Source: Cystobasidiomycetes sp. EMM_F5 (taxonomy: Eukaryota). From it: a stretch of 64,000 nt of DNA. This document shows positions 1 to 11,906 of the stretch, piece after piece. Each line of letters starts with the position of its first letter. The stretch's first letter is position 1. The stretch covers positions 186,001 to 250,000 of the forward strand of contig JBPGPT010000009.1 in NCBI GenBank assembly GCA_051047955.1, written 5' to 3'. The notes under the pieces are model-generated. The model was not told the DNA's origin. It did not search any database and worked only from the letters and a program-made list of their open reading frames with translations. Both the position numbers and the translations under genes were made by a program.

Positions 1-2688
1 AAGCAGCTCGCTGCGTACCGAGCCATCGGCATTTGCCTTCGAGTAATCTGTCAAGACGTTTTCTGTCTGCGCGCCGTCCTTGGGCTCGACAAAGACCTTC
101 AGTGTGCCGACAGGCCCTCAGTGATTGCCTATAAACCTTTATGGAGCGCTTACCTTCTTCTTGTTTTCGAGCTTCTGGATAAGGCCTGTCTGCTGCCAGC
201 GTTGTAAGAATATCTCGAGCGACGCATAACTTGGTACGAACACCACAACGCCTCGAGGAACGATCGAAATGACATTTGTCAGAACGGCGCCATACTCATC
301 AAGCATCTTCGTATCGTTGCGCTGAGCATACTTGAATTCAAGCTTGTAACCGCTCGGCCCGGAGGAGATGGCTTTCGCGAGTATATGATTGAACGGTACT
401 ACGTGCGCACAGGAAAGGTTGGTGATCGCCGATGCAGACGAGTAATTCAGCAGCTGCTGGGAAAAGTCCGACAGAGGAGCCATGGTTCCGCCAGCAATGA
501 CCACCGAGCGTGCGGCGGCGAAATCGGCAAATGAATCTGCAGGGTTGAGCAGTTGGTATTTCAGACAGAGAATATCCCCATTCGTTGTCACCAGAACACG
601 TCCGTCCTTCTCGGAATTTGCAAGGCTCAGCAGGAAGGTTTGTATCCGGTGGATTGATGCTATTTTTGCTGCCCGCGACCTTGACCCTGTATTGCAACGG
701 ACTCAGTCACTTCTGTAAATACTTACGACCTTCTTGTAGCTTACCATTTGTGTTATCTTTGGCTTCGAGATTGTCCATATAGCCTGACACCTTCTGAGCA
801 ATTTTCGATTCTGTCAGATATCTATGCAAGGGGCCATGAATAATCACATCTCGGGCTCGTTGCGGAAGCTTCGTCCTACTTGTCTAAAGCGCGCAGATTG
901 GTTTGATCAACAGCGCAAGCTAGTAGGACGTCAACAGCCTTGAGCATCTGGTCGGTCTTCTTGCTGGCCAACCAGTCTTTGCAGAAGCTGTCCAAGGCGG
1001 ACATGAAACCGACCAGCTGTTTCAAATACACAGCATTGCTTCCTTTCAGTCTAGCCTTAAAGCGTTTAAGATATAGCAGTAAAGCGCCTTTTGCGAAAGA
1101 TAGACTTGTAGACGTAATCTCGACAGAATGGATGGAAAGGATGGTACTGGGCGCTGTGTCAAAATCTTGGGGGTTATCCATATTCATTATACTCACTCGA
1201 TCAGATTATGGGCTTCATCTATGACCACTACGTTCCTATGCTTATCTGTATCAGCCACGATTCGCTGCTACCCGGGCCTGACCTACTCATCGAGACTAAT
1301 GCCGAGAGACTCCCGGGCTTGTTTGAGAAGCAACAGATTGTAAGGTAACGTGACCAGCTGTGCTTGTCTAACGGCACGGCGGGAGCCATAGTATGGACAG
1401 ACTTTCATTTCGCGACCCAGATCTTCCAAATCATCAATCGAGTAGACATCCGCAAACGTACGGTCTCTGAAATCGTCGAGTCGGTTGTCGTCTTCGGGCT
1501 GTGGCAGAAATTCACATCGTTTGCCTTTTTCTGCGCGTGCCCGGAATCAGTGTACATTCACCCCTTCGTCTCGAAAGACAATGACGGACCGGCTTTTTGC
1601 ATGTCCAGACATTTGTCGTTTAAAGTCTCAGCTGAACGACAAGCGTCACGAACTTTGTCGTTTATGCAAAGGTTTTGCCGTCCACCTAAAGCAACGACTC
1701 GTACGCTTTTGGCAAATTCCGTCTTGCGCACTTCATCAAGGAATTGTGATAATTGTGAGTGCGTCCTTGACGTAAACAATATCTGCGTGAAGTATGTCAA
1801 GCTGAAGCAGGGTTTGGGAAATCATGCGGTGCTCACCTTGCACGTATCCGGCTCTTCGCTGTCAGCCGCGCCCCATTTCGGACGCTTTCTGCCATCGTAC
1901 CTAGAAAGTCACATCGGCTACAATACAAAATTTTGTCAAACAAAGTTGGCCTACGCTTTCATCATTTCCCGCACAGTCGGTGTCAGACCGTCTCCAGCGT
2001 CAAACATGGCATCAGGTGCGAATTGCTCGTCGTCTTTCGTTATTTCGTCATTGCTTGCGTTCTCCAATTTCTGCTCATCCTGATCATCAGCTCTAGCGTA
2101 TAAAAGTCGCAGCTCGGAACTTGCTTGTCTTTTGCGAGAGTATACACCTCGCGCTTTTGCATCTTTTATACGCTGTTCCTTTGCGTCGCGAATAGCTTGT
2201 ATACGCTGTTGGAGTTCCACTTCATCGGCTTCCATTTCGCTTATGGTACGCTCGATATCTTGCTCGAGCATCCATCTGGGAATTTGGGAACCGGTGTTCG
2301 TTGCTGCCTCTGACAGTGCTACACATTTCGCCTTTCGCGCTCGAGCGGCGTTGTCTTGTAACCATGTGAGGCTAGAGCATATCAGGCTCAGCGACTTTCC
2401 CTGTTTAGCGATATGAGGAATCAGTATGCCGCTGTGTACTCGAAACGACACGTAATGTCCATACTGTGCCAGTGGGCGACTCAACTACAGCTGCCTTTCT
2501 CGCTTCAATCGACGCGTAAACATGCTGCGAATTGCATCATCAAGGTCAAAAGGGCTGTGCTGAGGACAGCGGCAGATCATACTTACACGCATCAGCTCCA
2601 ACTGGATCTCATACGGCTGATAGGGAAATGCTGGGAAGGCGTCGGGTGTATCCAGCTTGAGCGTCTCGGACCTGCTGTTCGCGGCCAT
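1..2688 (-). CDS. CHL1: Fe-S DNA helicase Chl1/DDX11 (multi-exon; 3' end runs off the window start)
   Basis: Spliced translation gives FPYQPYEIQLELM (Q motif), ESPTGT|GKSLS (Walker A), TSRTHSQLSQF, Fe-S cysteines (NLCIN...KCLDMQ...CPYYGSR), DEAHNL, AGGTMAP and VVFVPSY. GT-AG introns. Confidence 0.95.
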
Positions 2689-3551
2689 GGCGCCAACGTT
2701 CGCAGCTAGCCAAACCGCACAGCAGTATAAGATGCCAGGCTGAGTGGTAGCTGATCAGCAAACGTGCCCATGGCTGGAGCTAACGGGTGCCATTTGTGCA
2801 AGCACATTGCAGCGATTCGAAGCCAGACATATTTATTGCAACGACATTTGCTAACATGCGCGTCAAGCAAGAAACGCGCAGAAGTCAATCACTGAGGGGC
2901 CTTATGCTCTCCGTATATCGTTTACATCAAAATTACATGACCGGGGGCTTCATTGACAGGCTCGTGACATGATTTTGGTACTTCCTCTGGTGTGCTGACA
3001 ATCGCGCCCGAAGCACGTACAACGCTGATGAGGCCGGCAACGCTGCCATAGCTTCACGACCAATACTCACATGCATACTTACATGCAGCTGTCGCTCTAG
3101 TGTAGGACACGGATTCGCAAGGTAGTGCAAAACTGCCATTCACGCCCCGTACGCGTTGCCGCAAGTGGTTCGGACATTTTTGCAGGCCAATTGTCCGCTA
3201 CAGCGCCCGCGTCTCCGCTTTTTCGGTCAGAATGATTGCGCAGACGACTTCTGCAAACTCAGCCCATACCAGCGCAGCTACAGCTGCTCAGTCAGCCCAG
3301 ATGTATCCGTACGTCTCAGTGATCCGCTTAAAAGGTGGAAGTCGATAACCGGAGATGCTCTATAATAGCCTTGCCGATGACTATTAATAGTAATACTGCA
3401 TGACAATACGGTGCCCCGGCAAGGTGGGAAAACGGCGCATTTGCGACAATTGGGCTGTGATCTCCCGGCTCTCTCTCTCCTCTTCTTTCCCTCTGCTTGT
3501 CCGATCCAGCCTTGCTGTCACGACCTTCTGCTCCTCTCTGCCTACGTCATT

Positions 3552-5375
3552 ATGGCTCATCAACGGGGTCACAGAGCACCTGGAGACTTGGAAGGTATAG
3601 TCGCGCGACTCAAATCCACAGCATTGCCTTTTCTCTAACCGCGTGCGTCTTGCCTTACTCTCGATATAGTCGGAGCTACCGACTTGTTCATTCGGCACCC
3701 GTACGTTGCTGCCTCCATCTCACTGCCCGAGTATTCGCGCTGAAGTCTACCAACCGACAGGACTCCACATGTTGCGCCTCGAGACGATAGGCCTGAGTGG
3801 CTCCTGTCTTACGAGAGAAGACGACCAAAATGGTTGATGGAAATGTTTGCGGAGGCATTGTAAGTCTCCATGCTGGTTGCAGTGGACGCTGGAACGAATT
3901 CCGATGTTTGCAGTGGGGTCTTCCTCTACTGTCTCGGCGGTATGTCTACTTGCTTCAATCATAGATTGCTTGCGCTGATTGCTCTGGCTTGATGCAGGCA
4001 TGGGTGGTTAGTAGTTTCACCTCAAGCCGGCTGTAATTCAACCCTGATCCATGCCACGTCAACAGCTACAGCCGCATTCTACACATCTGCAGCCGCTAAG
4101 GAAGAGGGCTTCGGACAACTGCTTAATATCGCCTTGGCATACGCTCTAGCAATTGCTCTCGCGATTACGATTGTTGGCCCCACTTCGGGGTCTCATCTCA
4201 ATCCATGTCAGTCGTTGTTGGTCATCAAAGGCAGCATCGGTCAGCTGAGTGCAACACGTATGACAGGCTTCACTATATCATTTGCCTTATTTAAGGGATT
4301 CCCTTGGCGCAAAGTCCCTCGTCAGCAATTTTTACTAACGACATGATACAATACCGGTGCTGAAAGTTGCTACTGCAGAATACATTTTTGCTCAAATCAT
4401 GGGAGGTCAGTAGACCATATTGCCGTCGGCTCGTCCAGGCTCGCTGATCCGTTTCTCACCATGGCACGATATGATTTCATCCCTATTGCTCTTGTCACTT
4501 CTTTTGATTGTAACGATCCCACAGGCTTTATTGCAGGTCTGATTGTGTACGCTATGTTCTATCAGTCATTACATGGCATTACGCTCCAACTGCAAGCACT
4601 GGGTCCTGTCGGCCAAGCGACAATCTTCTCGCCCACCGGTGTAAGTGATTTTATTCCTAGTGCTCTTCACTTCTTCCCTTCTCATGATCGTTTGATGTGA
4701 CTGCAGCCTGCTTCCCCCATCGCACTTTTCATGGCACAAGGTCAGAAGATCGGCTTCGTTTTTGTGAACGAGTTTGTCTGCACGATGGTTATTGGCATCG
4801 CCGTATTCTCCGTCTTGGACCCATCCAATAGTGAGGCGCCATCGGCAAAGATACCTTCAGAAATGGCTGATTCTGGCTTCAACACAGTCTTCATCACCCC
4901 GAGCTCGGGTCCTCTCCTTATCGGTGCTATCTACTTCGTCTGCATCGTATGTTTTGCTCCGAATTCTATAGCTTTAAACACAGCCCGTGACCTCGGCGGC
5001 CGTTTCGCAGCAGGTATGTCAGAATGCAGTGTGTCACGGACGAGATCTGACAATAACCTGAGAAAAGGTGCCATTTGGGGGTCCGGAGCTTTCCCTGCTG
5101 GTTATTCAGCCTTGGCCGCACTTACAAATATCGCCGGAACACTTGTTGGAGCCGCTTTCCAGGTTTTCGTGCTCTCAGACTCGAACAGGCCACCCACAGC
5201 TGCACACGTCGCTGCTGCGGCGTCTACTGTACCTCCAGTTTCGCCCGGACCTGGTGTTGGAACCAATGGTAAAGCCGAGGCTGGATACATCGAGCAAACC
5301 GGCAGTAGCATGTATCCCACGACTTCCGGCAAAGCCGAGACTGGTTATGTCGAGCATTCTGACCGCAGCATGTAG
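3552..5375 (+). CDS. MIP-family aquaglyceroporin with non-canonical NPA boxes (multi-exon)
   Basis: In-frame spliced start MAHQRGHRAPGDLEV-GATDLFIRHP-TPHVAPR...ERRRPKWLMEMFAEAL; loop B SGSHLNP|C; loop E SIALNTARDLGGRF; multiple hydrophobic helices. Confidence 0.9.
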
Positions 5376-5496
5376 CAGAGTGTCGTCTCTGTGCAGAGCT
5401 CGTAATTATCTGGGAAATACCGTTGTCAGGGGAATTACTAGTATATATTGTCACATATGCTTCCCACTTGCTACAGGAGGCCGTGCATGGAATCGC

Positions 5497-6821
5497 TTAG
5501 ACAACGGATACTATCTGCGCTTTTCTCCATTCCCAATAACCTGTTCGCATCGGATCTGCTTGCTTTAGGCTCTCGAAGACGTTGACAGTGTCCGAGTGAC
5601 TTGCAGACGATGCGACCATGGCGTCGGCAACAAACTCCAACGCCAGTACGATGCGAGCATTTTCGTCAACAGTACTCCGTAGCGCTCGCGCCCAATCAAG
5701 GTGCGCGACGTATGGCAAACTGTTCCTATCCAGTATGCTAGACACAGTGAGGTCAGTTGAACATCGACGAGAAATACGAGGGAATGGGAACCTTCGGCAT
5801 ACCCTCTTAAGTAGTTCCAAGCGCTAGCGTTGTTGGGTACCTGGGCAAGCTGCGCCTTTGCGAAACTGACGAATCTATCAGCGAGGTCGATTCAGATTCG
5901 AGACATTAGCCGTTCTCTCACTCTATTTCCCTCTTCACGACTGCCTCCGACGTTGGTATTTCACGCGCGAACACGGTAAACCATCTATGATTCCATGCTG
6001 AATTATTGCGGACATCGGACTCCAGAAGCTCATTGACGTATTCCAGTTCTGCCTGCCATATGAGGGCATCCGTGATGGAATCAGGGTAAAAGTGAGATAA
6101 AGCCCATTGCCGATATGCCCAGGTATGATAGTTTTTGGCATCGAAGCCAAGTGACAGAGTCGTGAATGCTACTTCTCTTGAGGGATCGTTGAGTGCTGTC
6201 ACAATTATTTTGCGGTGTTGCCTAAAGTATGAGAAGCCAGTGCATCAGCTTACTGTTGCGATTCAGCTTGAAGATTTGTGTATACAAACCAGACTTGGTA
6301 ATTCTTGAGATGCTGCTTGACGAGCCCACTAAGCAGATCCAGCTCCTGTACCAGCAGTTCGTTGCCGTTGTCTTCACATGTTTGAAGCGCTAAGAGAGTT
6401 TTACTCCGATACGACCTGGAAGCTCGGTTTCAACATCACTGGCGAAGGCAAGGGCTCAAGTCTGCACCTACCACACGGTGTAGTGTGCAGGATTTAGCAT
6501 TACAATCTCTCGCGTTAGATCCAGAACCCTTCGAGACAGCTCATTAATGCTGATAATATATCGAAATGCACACATTGCATTAGCGTCTGTTGCGGGGCGG
6601 GGAGGCTTTAGCATGCAGTCGGCGGGACCGGCGAGAAGAACGGGTCTGACATTCTTGTGAGTAGTTAATGGGTACCAAAGGATCCGACGTCTCAGCCTGC
6701 GGGATTGGTTTGATGTCTCTCCACCCATCCTGTACGAATAGTTGGTCAGTCGAGCGGCCAAAGTGAGGATTAGTCGAAGACATCGCACGCGCAGTTCCCA
6801 CGGGATGTATGCGTCAGTCAT
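5497..6821 (-). CDS. RAM2: Protein farnesyltransferase/geranylgeranyltransferase-I alpha subunit
   Basis: PPTA repeats: NPAHYTVW, KNYQVW, DAKNYHTWAYRQW, DVRNNSAWNHRW, PNNASAWNY; C-terminal DPMRTGYW. Confidence 0.93.
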
Positions 6822-6996
6822 GATGGTCGGATGTCAGTTGTGAGGGTCCAGGATTGCAAATGGCAAGCTTTCAGAAGAGTCTGGGAAGCCGACAATTCGG
6901 ATCGCCCCTTTCGGTCGTACAACAAAAGGTCCATCTGCAAAAAGCTGCAAACCCTGCTGCATATCGCTTAAGTGCGAGAGATTCAACACAGACAAC

Positions 6997-9331
6997 ATGG
7001 ACGGTGAGGGAACAGATCTGGTTATGAAGCGAGAGATGGTTGCGGCAGTAGCGGCAGCGGTAGCAGGATCCTGGACGCAAGAGCCGACCAAAAACAGCAT
7101 AGTCTTCGGTCTATGGTGATTGCATACTATGGCGGCGAGGAGGCCCAAACGATGAAGCTGCTGCACTAGCTTTCGCATCCAGCCATCGTCGTTGCGGAAG
7201 CGCAAACGGGAGATTTTCGGTGAGACGGATCTGGCTGAGACGATGGGTTGGGCAATGCATGCAGGTGGAGACTATGAGCGGGCAAGGCCAAGGTCAAGAA
7301 GCCGCTCGCCGGACGCAAGAAGGGTTTCCTCAACGAGCTACAGGCAGCGCAGTCGGTCGAGGTCACGCAGCCGAGACCGCTCGTCTCGAAGACGCTCTCG
7401 CAGCAGAAGTCCGCGAGACCGTAGGGATCACCGGGACCGGGACCGCGACCGCGACAGACGCCATGACGATAGGCACCGTCGAGACGATGCGCAGTACCCG
7501 GGAGCGTCAACTCGGGGCGGATACGGGGGAGGGCGGTCATCCCGGGGTCCACCTGTGCGAGACTCGACAGAAAGAGCAGCAAATAGAGAAGCAGTTGCAC
7601 AAGATGCTATAAGGAACAGTAAAAAAGAAAATCGTGTCTACATTGGCAATTTGTCTTTTCAAGTCCGATGGCATGACCTGAAAGACTTTTGCAGCGCTGG
7701 TAAGATTGCGACAACATGTCAGGTCGTACAAAGCTGAATGATCTATTGTATCAATAACAGCTGGCACAGTTGTCTTTTCCGAAATAATTCAGCTGCCCAA
7801 CGGAATGTCAAAAGGCTGCGGGTAAGCAGATTTACGGATATCCAACACGGCTTTGTATGAATGGTATTGACGTACGGCTACAGTATCGTGGAATATTCAA
7901 CCAACGAGGAAGCACAACGAGCTATTCGAGAGCTCAATGAGGGGCAACTCTTCGGACGGCCTGCTTTCCTGCGTGAAGTGAGCAAAAACGGGCCTATGTT
8001 GCAATAATGCAAAGCTAAGGAGAAATATGCGCTCAGGACCGTGAGGATGAAGCCAGATTCGGAGCTGCTGCGGTATCGGGTCGCACTACCTTTCCCGGAG
8101 CATCGCACCAATCAGGTGGGGGCGGCGGTCACAGGGGTCGCAGCGAAGTCGGCGTTCCAGCGGTGTTTGCGCCACCCGGACCGCGTGGCCTGTTCGTCAC
8201 TGGTGTAAGTAACGCTCTTGCGAAATATACGATAGGGCGAACCGTGCCCTGATCGGCCATTTGATTCTAGATGACACCAGAAATTGGCTGGCAAGATCTC
8301 AAAGACCTGTTCAGACGAGCTGGCGAAGTACAGCGGGCTGATATCAATATGGATCATTCCACAAATACCAGCAAAGGTACAGGCGTTGTAGTCATGAGCT
8401 CGCGCGCGGAAGCGGATGAAGCCATCGGTAGGTTCTGTCGACAATGCCATGGAGACATTTGTTTACGTTTCTCTTGTGCACCCAGCCATGTTCAACGGCT
8501 ACGAATTTGAGGGAGGTAGACTTGAAGTGCGCGAAGATCGTTTCTTCCATATAAATCAAGCTCGAAGCGCCCTTGGTCCACCTCGAGGCGGCCGTCCATC
8601 AGGCCGAGGTGGATTCAGCGGCAGTCACGCCAGTAGCCGGAGCACCGATAATCTGTACAATGACTACGCTGGCCCAAGCGACAGTATGTCGTCTCGTTGC
8701 GGCGGTGATGACTTTGGCAGCGGTAGCGAGCGCTTGTCTTATTCCGGATTCAGCGGTCGTGCTCCACCTACTGGGCCATACGCTGGGCGTGATCCTATTC
8801 AGGCCTCGCCTTCCACACAAATATTCGTAAACAACGTTAGTGCTGTCAATACAGCTATAAAATTCTGCTCTGATGCATTCTTACTTCACGTAGCTGCCCT
8901 GGTCTACCTCCAACGAGGACCTCGTCGAGTTGTTCCAGACGACTGGTACTGTCGAGGAAGCGGAAATCATTTGGGAGGGCGGCCGCTCTAAAGGCAACGG
9001 AATTGTCCAGTTCGCCACCATTGACGAAGCCGAGACGGCTATTGGTGAGGCGTTCTTGTCTCTGTTGTGATGGTCACTAGCTCATTCCTCGTTTTCATGA
9101 TTCACAGCCAAGTTTCAGGGCTACCAATATGGGGGCAGACCGCTCCGGCTTGCGTTCAACGCACGATGGAAGGATTTCAAGGAAGGAGGGTCAAGGGCGC
9201 TTAAAGACGAGCAGGCAACGGCGGTGGGTGAGAACGGAGCCGATAATTACGATATGGGAGATAATGTCGGCCCAGCCGATTACGATACCTACAAGGAAGT
9301 GGTGCCTGCGGATGAAGCTATGCAGGCCTAA
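6997..9331 (+). CDS. SR-like RNA-binding protein with N-terminal RS/RD domain and three RRMs (Gbp2/Hrb1-like)
   Basis: ATG GAC G|intron|GT GGA start; [10 protein letters not shown] tract; RRMs [29 protein letters not shown] and [22 protein letters not shown]-rich linkers; TAA at 9329-9331. Confidence 0.88.
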
Positions 9332-9520
9332 AGACAGAACGCGTCAATACGTGGTCTTGTCTCAAAGTAGTAACACAAGTCTTTTACAGCGTGTACTCGT
9401 AGCCTTCATCATTCTACTCGAAAATGCGGCGGTGCCCACCAGAAGTTGGGCTCTCCGCAACTTCGTGACGTAGATAAGGGATCTTATCGCACTGATTCCC
9501 GCCGGACATTGCCAACAGCC

Positions 9521-11797
9521 ATGGCAACGTCTACTGCACCAAAGAACTACGATGACCTCGTCAAGGCTGTAAGGCTATCTCGCCTGCGGCGGAAATCATT
9601 ACTGGAGCAGCTGACCTTGGCATGTATGTTGACTGCTTCAGCTGGACAAGGACCGCAAGGTCAAAGTCGCTGGCGTCGACGTGGACGGCGTACTTCGAGG
9701 CAAGGTTATGCAAAAGGAGAAGTTCTTGAGCCTCATTCGACCTGGTTCGGCAGGCACTTTCGGGTTTTGCAGGTCAGCCATCGCAAACGTCATATGCGAA
9801 TACTCCGTCGGCTGACGAAAGACGTTCAATTCTGCCTAGCGTTGTCTTCGGATGGTGAGTTGGAAGCTGTCGTTCGTTAAGATTTGGAGACAGTCTCAAT
9901 CGCCTGCGACAGGGACATACACGATCAGACATACTCGAAGGAGCTGTCTATCAGCAATCTGGCTAATGGCTACAGAGACATCGAGGCGCGCATTGACTTA
10001 AACACCTTCCGACGGATTCCTTTCGAAGACAACATTGCTCTCTTCTTCTGCACTTTCGTTGATCCCGATACTGGAGGAGGCTTACATGCGTGCCCGCGAG
10101 CGACACTACAGAAAATTGCACAGCAGCTACAGGACGAGCTTGGCGCTTCACCCTGGGCCGGAGCCGAGTTCGAATTCTTCCAGTTTAAAGGTACTTGCTC
10201 AATGTTTTGTTGTCAAAACACGCTCGATAATTAAGAGACGCGTAGAAACACCTTCAAGCGCGCACGAGAAGCAGTTCCGACAGCTGGATGTTTTGACGCC
10301 AGGCATGCATGGCTATAGTATGCTCCGCACGCAGTAAGTCTGCTATGCAGATATTTACGTCGATGTCTAATTGATGTATTATGCCAGCGTTTCTGGACCA
10401 TACTTCCACGATGTATACGATACATGCGCTGATTTTGAGATACCTATCGAGGGTCTACATACTGAAACGGGGCCCGGAGTATATGAAGCCGCCCTTACAT
10501 ACACGAGCGCTCTACGCATGGCCGACAATGCAGTATTGTTCAAACTCACTGCCAAAGCGCTGGGGTACAAATATGGCATCATGCCAACTTTCATGGCCAA
10601 GCCCCATAATGGGTTGCCGGGATGTAGCGGACATATACATGTGTCTTTGCGGGGCAAGGATAACAAGAACCTATTTGCTACTCACTACGGCAAGAAAAGG
10701 CCGGAGTCAAAGTGGGAGGACTTGCAGTATGTCTCGCAGGAGATGGGTCAGTCAAGCTCACGGGCGGGTTTGGCATCGTTTTCTGATTGTGATCTACTCG
10801 TAGAGTGGTTCCTTGCGGGGGTCTTGGAAGGCTTGCCAGACATCATGCCGCTACTCGTACCGACTGTGAACGGGTAAGTTGCGGACCGATTTTCTCTGCG
10901 CTCTCGAGTGTAACAATGCCCTGTCTTCAGCTACAAACGCTTGGTAGAGAAGTAGGTGCTGTTTCACTCTCGAATCCTCGGGTTTTCCTGACAGTGCCGC
11001 AGCTTCTGGGCGCCTGTGAACGGTATGTGGCGCCATGGGCATACATCGAATGCAAGGCTAACAGCCGCGTCTAGTGTCGTGGGGCTATGAGAGCCGACTG
11101 GCAAGCGTACGGGTGATTAGTCCGCCCCTAGCTGCAGCGCAGGCGACTCGACTGGAAGTAGTAAGACATCGCTGCTGCAGTGAACCTTTGACAGAGCTGA
11201 CGACACTCTCTTCAGCGAGTCCCTGGAGCCGATGTAAGGCGCAGACCGCGACCGCAGAGGGTCTAGCACCAGCTCATGTAATCATTTCTACAACACAGAT
11301 GAATGCGCATTTTGCCTTTGCTGCAATTTTTGCACTTGGCTTACACGGTATAAAGAATAAGCTGGAGATCAAGATACCGCCTACGTCGCAAGTACCACCA
11401 GCAGAGCATAGCACACGGTATCAGCGGCTTCCAAGGGATCTCAACGAAGCCACGCAGCGCTTCAAAGCGCCGAATAGCATGGCAAGGCAGTGAGCGGGAA
11501 CAACGAAGCGACGAATTGATTACAAGCTGAGTACTTCCCCCGCAGAGTTCTTGGCGATGCGTTTGTCGATCACTTCGCTGGAACAAGGGTGAATTGCGCG
11601 CGCAAGAAAGCTTGCAATGCTACCACATGCTGACATGCTGACATGCTGCTCGCAAATCAGGAACACGAATGGATGTTGTACAGTCAGGCAGTGACTGGTA
11701 AATCTCGGCTCGATAGCTCAATCGTATTTCACTGACATGCGATCATCCTTGATATACTATAGACTGGGAAATGGCAAGGTATTTTGAGTTGGTGTGA
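9521..11797 (+). CDS. Type I glutamine-synthetase-like protein (probable glutamate-amine ligase), 15 exons
   Basis: AGVDVDGVLRGK, GAEFEFF, HTETGPGVYE, FMAKP, GCSGHIHVSL, YKRLVENFWAP, RLEV|RVPGAD, C-terminal VTDWEMARYFELV. Confidence 0.92.
11625..11648 (+). repeat. Tandem 8-mer (ACATGCTG)x3 inside an intron of the GS-like gene
   Basis: The sequence acatgctg-acatgctg-acatgctg is read directly. Confidence 0.9.
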
Positions 11798-11906
11798 GTC
11801 CTTTGGCAGTATATGCAAAGGCAAATGGGCATAGTTGCTTTTGCGGTAATTCACAACGACACGTACTTCTGTTACTCCTGTTGAGGCTTTCGTGCAAAAA
11901 ATGGAG

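Noticed and set aside
1364..2083. Long plus-strand ORF, and similar antisense ORFs such as 28604-29137, 48067-48609 and 62786-63247
   Set aside because: These are shadows of well-supported genes on the opposite strand and have no motifs of their own.
3020..3060. CTGATGAG resembling a hammerhead ribozyme core
   Set aside because: No stem II followed by GAAA and no flanking stems could be built.
3400..3600. Out-of-frame upstream ORF overlapping the aquaporin start
   Set aside because: A CT-rich box near 3469-3500 suggests transcription starts downstream of this ATG; no evidence it is transcribed.
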